A stretch of 64,000 bases of DNA from Candidatus Bathyarchaeia archaeon (GTDB lineage: Archaea; Thermoproteota; CALKCG01; B24): positions 288,001 through 352,000 of the forward strand of contig JAVZJD010000002.1 in NCBI GenBank assembly GCA_038870975.1, written 5' to 3'. Positions 59,794 to 64,000 of the stretch are shown piece after piece. Within the stretch, counting starts at the first letter, position 1, and each line of letters opens with the position of its first letter. The notes below the pieces were generated by a model that saw nothing but the letters and a program-made list of their open reading frames with translations, did no database searches and had not been told where the DNA came from. Both the position numbers and the translations under genes were made by a program.

Positions 59794-61053
59794 TTACCCC
59801 CTTATTTTAAGTTTCGCAAGTTCATCCGCAAGAATAGGCAAGAATGTTCCAATATCAGAAACAACGCCCAGAGCTTGAGCCGAACCTCTATCTAAAAGTT
59901 TAATTAAAGTAGCTGGGTTAATGTCCACACAGACAACTTTAACAGTCGAAGGTAGCATATTGCCCACGGCTATTGAATGTAGCATAGTTGCAAGCATAAG
60001 AACCATATTAGCATCTTTAAGGTAGGCCCTGTAAAGCTTCTGAGCCTCGACTACATCTGTGATTACGTCTGGTAATGGACCGTCGTCTCTTATGGACCCA
60101 GCTAATACATATGGAACATTATTTACGATACACTCGTAGAAGATTCCGGATTTTATGACACCTTTAGCGACGGCATCTCTTATGGACCCGGCTTTCATAA
60201 CTTCGTTTATAGCGGCGAGGTGATTCCTATTGCTTCCAACAATGGTTTTACCGTTTTTCACAGACACCCCAAGGGATGTACCGAAAAGATTATACTCAAT
60301 GTCATGAACTGCTAGGGCGTTGCCAGATAAAAGAACGTCTACAAACCCCATTCGTATGATTTTAGCCAAAGCTTCATCGGAACCTGTATGCACAACAGCT
60401 GGGCCGGCCACTACGACTATTTTACCACCAGACTTCTTGATTTTCACCATATCTTCTGCTATTACTTTGATTATCGACGTTGAGGGTTTCTCAGGTGAAC
60501 TTCTACTACTCATAAACTCAAATATTCCAGAACCCTCTCTAGGGTACTCTGGAGGTTTAACTCTAACTCCCTTCTCACCTACCACTATTAAATCTCCGGC
60601 TTTTACATCTCTTATAGACTTGCAGTATGCTCTATTTGATGAAGGGTCTATTGAGATTACTTTATCCATACATATTCCTTCGACTTCAAGCCAATTGCCT
60701 CTATAGTATACGTAGGTAGGATGGTTGGTAGTTACGTAGAACCCGTCCGGTAATACCATATCGGTTGGGGCTTTTTCAAGTTTAACTTCTTCTGGGATAG
60801 GCGTGATTGCACCCAGACGATAGACTTCTTTCAAAATCATTTCAAGATGACGCCTGCTTCTACCTTTAATTAACAGTTTCGCGTAACTTGTCTCCGTTTT
60901 ACGCCTACCTATTCGAAATTCCAATACTTCAAAATCGCCGCCGAGGTCCATTATTATGTCAAAGACTTTTGGAAGAATTAGAGAATCTATGAGATGACCT
61001 TCTAGTTCAACTTCTTGAGAAACTTCTTCATTATTATTCTGGAAAACGGTCAC
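59794..61053 (-). CDS. TIGR00300 / LOR-SDH domain protein (ArgZ C-terminal-like, putative ornithine cyclodeaminase)
   Basis: LEGHLIDS, PDGFYVTTNHPT, FEFMSS..SPEK, GNALAVHDIE, LAGSIRDDGPLP, MLHSIAVGNM, KLLDRGS. Confidence 0.88.
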   Translation of the reverse strand: MTVFQNNNEEVSQEVELEGHLIDSLILPKVFDIIMDLGGDFEVLEFRIGRRKTETSYAKLLIKGRSRRHLEMILKEVYRLGAITPIPEEVKLEKAPTDMVLPDGFYVTTNHPTYVYYRGNWLEVEGICMDKVISIDPSSNRAYCKSIRDVKAGDLIVVGEKGVRVKPPEYPREGSGIFEFMSSRSSPEKPSTSIIKVIAEDMVKIKKSGGKIVVVAGPAVVHTGSDEALAKIIRMGFVDVLLSGNALAVHDIEYNLFGTSLGVSVKNGKTIVGSNRNHLAAINEVMKAGSIRDAVAKGVIKSGIFYECIVNNVPYVLAGSIRDDGPLPDVITDVVEAQKLYRAYLKDANMVLMLATMLHSIAVGNMLPSTVKVVCVDINPATLIKLLDRGSAQALGVVSDIGTFLPILADELAKLKIRG

Positions 61054-61143
61054 CTCTCACTATCGACCACCATGAAACATCATATGAATAGCATCGAGGG
61101 ATATTTAACTTTTACAATTTCGTAGTTGGAAAAAAATGAGGGT

Positions 61144-61893
61144 TTAACTTACGTAGAATACCACATAAATGGTGACTGTAATTTCTACCTCACCCGGATA
61201 TATGGGAGTTGTCTGAAGTAGCATATCTGAAGTTTCATATCGTGCTATTGCCCACCTTGATGTGTCTAACACTTCTATGCTCTTAACTCCGATAATTGAC
61301 ATATTTAGTGGTTTTAAAGCGGCCTCAGCTTTACGTCTAGCGTCTTCAACCGCCAAAGATATGAGGAACAGCTTAGTACTATTCATAAGTTCGTCTGAGA
61401 CAGAAAACCATATACCATCAATACGGTTGATCCCGTTTGCTACGGCTACATCTATCAATAGTCCTATTATTTCAAGCTTTTTAGTTGTAACAGTAACTGT
61501 ATTGACAGCTCTGTATCCTCTTAAAACAGGCGGTTCATCCTTTGGATAATAGTATTGAGGATATATGGCTAGAGTTGTCGTTTTGAGTTCTCTATCATCT
61601 AAACCGAGTTGCTTCATTGCCTCTATGACTCTATTCATAAGTTCGGTGTTTTTAGATAAGGCTTCGGAGGCAGTTTCAGCCTCCGTTTCAATCGTAAGAC
61701 TTACTGAGACTTGATCTGGTCTGACTGTTATAAGACTAATACCGCTGACGGACAATGTGGATTTATTTTCCTCTACAACTCCAGTAGCTGTCTTCAAATT
61801 TTTAGGAGGAGAGAGTGTTAAGAATGCTAATGCCACTAAAAGCACCAATGTCGCCGACGATAGAAAGGCTATTTTAAATTCTCTATCTTTCAT
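61144..61893 (-). CDS. SIMPL (DUF541) domain protein
   Basis: N-terminal TM, SVSG..PD, IYPQY, GYRAVN, AVEDARRKA, PGEVEI. Confidence 0.9.
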   Translation of the reverse strand: MKDREFKIAFLSSATLVLLVALAFLTLSPPKNLKTATGVVEENKSTLSVSGISLITVRPDQVSVSLTIETEAETASEALSKNTELMNRVIEAMKQLGLDDRELKTTTLAIYPQYYYPKDEPPVLRGYRAVNTVTVTTKKLEIIGLLIDVAVANGINRIDGIWFSVSDELMNSTKLFLISLAVEDARRKAEAALKPLNMSIIGVKSIEVLDTSRWAIARYETSDMLLQTTPIYPGEVEITVTIYVVFYVS

Positions 61894-62096
61894 TTCCAAA
61901 AACCAACATCTATAGAGAAAGATTCGAAATAAAGAATCTATCTTTTGAAACAGGTCGTTTAAGGAAGTAGAACGTTCTAGTATGGAACTATACAAGTTAA
62001 AATAAGTAAAAAGATTCCATCATCGAATCTTGAAAAGTGTTAGAAGATAGAACCTCTTATATATTGACTATTTCTTTTCTTAAAGTTGGTGTTTCT

Positions 62097-63089
62097 ATGC
62101 CGTGTACGGTTGTAGTCGGAGGCTTCTTCGGAGACGAAGGTAAGGGTAAGATAGTAGCCTATTTGGCTTTAAAGGATGAAGTAGATGCTTGTGCTAGAAC
62201 AGGCTCTGTTAATGCTGGACACACCGTGGTGTGGAAGAATGTAAAGTATGGGCTAAGAATGGTTCCCTCGGCGTTTGTTTACGAGAACTGTAAACTGTAT
62301 ATTGCTCCAGGTGCAAATGTAAATGTAGACATATTCCTTAAGGAGGCGGCTGAAACAAACGTTAAAGGTAGAATATGGGTTGATAGACGTAGCTCGATAA
62401 TAGAAGCTAAACATATCGAACTAGATCGAGCTACAGGCGGACAGATAGGGACGACAGGTCAAGGTGTTGGACCAGCCATAGCAGATAGAGTTAGACGTGT
62501 AGCTAAACTCGCTGAAGAGGTTGAAGAACTAAAAGAGTATTTAACAGATGTCCCCCTAGAGTTAAACGAAATACTTGATAGGAATGGTAAGGTTATCTTG
62601 GAAGGCACTCAAGGGACCTTTTTATCACTCATTCACGGGACATATCCATACGTTACAAGTAGGGACACGACGGCCTCAGCTATATGTAGTGAAGCTGGCA
62701 TAGGACCTAAGAGGGTCGATGAGGTCTTACTAGTCTTCAAAGCCTACGTTACAAGAGTCGGTAAAGGTCCTCTTGAGGGGGAGGTTGATCGTGAAGAAGC
62801 CCTGAGAAAAGGATGGTTGGAGAAGGCCACAGTAACTGGTAGAGAACGTAGAGCGGCACCATTTAATTTTAATCTAGCCCAAAGAGCGGTTATGCTCAAT
62901 GCACCTACACAACTCGCAATAACGAAGTTAGATGTTCTATACCCCGAGTGCGCAGGTGCTCGCTCTTTTAGCGAGTTGTCCTTGGAAGCTAAACAGTTTA
63001 TAAGAGGGATAGAGGAGAAACTTAAAGTTCCAGTAATGTTGATCGGTACTGGTCCTGGCGTCGAAGACGTAGTCGATAGGAGGTTTTAA
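62097..63089 (+). CDS. purA: Adenylosuccinate synthetase (short archaeal form)
   Basis: FFGDEGKGK, NAGHT, IGTTGQGVGP, EGTQG, YPYVTS, TVTGRERR, TKLD. Confidence 0.96.
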   Translation: MPCTVVVGGFFGDEGKGKIVAYLALKDEVDACARTGSVNAGHTVVWKNVKYGLRMVPSAFVYENCKLYIAPGANVNVDIFLKEAAETNVKGRIWVDRRSSIIEAKHIELDRATGGQIGTTGQGVGPAIADRVRRVAKLAEEVEELKEYLTDVPLELNEILDRNGKVILEGTQGTFLSLIHGTYPYVTSRDTTASAICSEAGIGPKRVDEVLLVFKAYVTRVGKGPLEGEVDREEALRKGWLEKATVTGRERRAAPFNFNLAQRAVMLNAPTQLAITKLDVLYPECAGARSFSELSLEAKQFIRGIEEKLKVPVMLIGTGPGVEDVVDRRF

Positions 63090-63094
63090 AAACG

Positions 63095-64000
63095 TTAGAT
63101 TTCAACCATAAGCTCCCTTTCAATACCCTTTTCTGGATATGGATATACGAGAACCGATTCGGGGTTTAAACGTATTCTAACCTTTTCACCTATTTTTTTA
63201 ACATTTTTATCTATCGGATAATTTACAACTATTGTCTCATCCGTTTCGGTTTTTATGTCGTAGCGGTAGTATTCACCCATGAATCTAGCTCTTATTACTG
63301 TCCCGGTTAGAGAGTCGCTTTGCTCAATATTGCTGTCCATGGAAAACTCGAAATTTTCAGGTCTTACTGCTAAAACTACACTATCTCCCTCTGAAAAACC
63401 TTTAGCGTGTAATTCGATCGACTTTCCACTAGTTAGGGTGATTAAGATCTTCTCTCCCATTACTTTTCTAACGACTCCTTTAATTATGTTGACTTTCCCT
63501 ATGAAGTCTGCTATAAAGAGGTTTTTTGGACGCCAATAGAGATTTTCCGGCGTATCAAAGTCTTCAACGATACCACTTCGCATAACGACTATCCTGTCAG
63601 CGACTGTTAATGCTTCTTCCTGGTTATGCGTTACGTGTATCGCAGTCAAATTCAAGCCTTTGACTATTCTTCTAAGCTCGTACCTAAGGTTTACTCTTAT
63701 TCTAGGGTCTAAAGCTCCCAAAGGTTCATCCAAAAGGAGGAGTTTAGCTCCAGCGGCTAAAGCCCTGGCTATGGCAACCATTTGAGCGACTCCTCCACTC
63801 AACTCATACGGGTAAAGTCCTCCATATTTGGCGATATTGAGAATATTCATTAGCTCTTTAACTACTTTATCCGATGTACTCCTATCCATACATTTAACTA
63901 TTGGACCATACATAATGTTACCACAACTATCCATGTGAGGAAATAGAGCAATATTTTGAAAAACAAAGCCAACTCGTCTTTCTTCAGGAGGTTCATATGT
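63095..64000 (-). CDS. ABC transporter ATPase with TOBE domain (5' end beyond window)
   Basis: Frame open to window edge (..PEERRVGFVFQNIALFPHM), LSGG, LLLDEPLGALD, HVTH. Confidence 0.9.
   Translation of the reverse strand, partial: TYEPPEERRVGFVFQNIALFPHMDSCGNIMYGPIVKCMDRSTSDKVVKELMNILNIAKYGGLYPYELSGGVAQMVAIARALAAGAKLLLLDEPLGALDPRIRVNLRYELRRIVKGLNLTAIHVTHNQEEALTVADRIVVMRSGIVEDFDTPENLYWRPKNLFIADFIGKVNIIKGVVRKVMGEKILITLTSGKSIELHAKGFSEGDSVVLAVRPENFEFSMDSNIEQSDSLTGTVIRARFMGEYYRYDIKTETDETIVVNYPIDKNVKKIGEKVRIRLNPESVLVYPYPEKGIERELMVEI

Noticed and set aside
408-63539. Numerous antisense or overlapping ORFs in the track (e.g. 408..656, 11365..11880, 21789..22214, 52101..52580)
   Set aside because: Shadows of well-supported genes on the opposite strand, with no motifs
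63735-63810. Deviant ABC signature LSGGVAQMV
   Set aside because: The gene is truncated by the window edge and such variation is common; it cannot be linked to the M28/FtsX system
1-64000. CRISPR array, rRNA or long tandem repeat
   Set aside because: No regularly spaced direct repeats or rRNA-like segments seen by eye

Overview
Archaeal chromosome segment, most likely from a thermophilic TACK lineage such as Bathyarchaeia. This is inferred from eS25, Rpp29 in the ribosomal cluster, aRF1 with a Zn-finger, GTPBP1, and an Rpo6 with the IGPPxLT motif. 1-6.1 kb (minus strand) is the S10/spc-type ribosomal cluster from uL22 to a partial eL19. 6-28 kb holds mostly housekeeping genes (AglH/GPT, lysine methyltransferase, Bud32, HtrA, EndoIV, CinA-like, GTPBP1, GPN GTPase, NAD kinase, aRF1, tRNA-Leu, Sec11, Rpo6, eS25, CaCA antiporter, PyrF, DUF72, DUF763, two DUF362). 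28.3-41.6 kb is an accessory island bounded by a serine resolvase and by tRNA-Lys(CTT) with an adjacent integrase-like relic. The island carries CcdA+TlpA, a three-gene membrane system (a 1421-aa apparently inactive, nicastrin-like M28 domain fused to a MacB/FtsX-type permease, plus two OPT-superfamily transporters and no ATPase), two GNAT pseudogenes, PaREP1 and a stand-alone single-repeat TBP-like gene. 41.7-64 kb is metabolic: thiC-thiDN, AOR+ferredoxin, LarA family, DRG GTPase, PncB, Gfo/Idh/MocA, an SHMT-like enzyme lacking folate-linked residues that is divergent from thrB-thrC-hom-aspartate kinase, TIGR00300, SIMPL, PurA and a partial ABC ATPase. Several conserved genes appear to lack ATG/GTG/TTG starts. 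No CRISPR array or rRNA was seen. All family calls come from motif recognition by eye, not from database searches.
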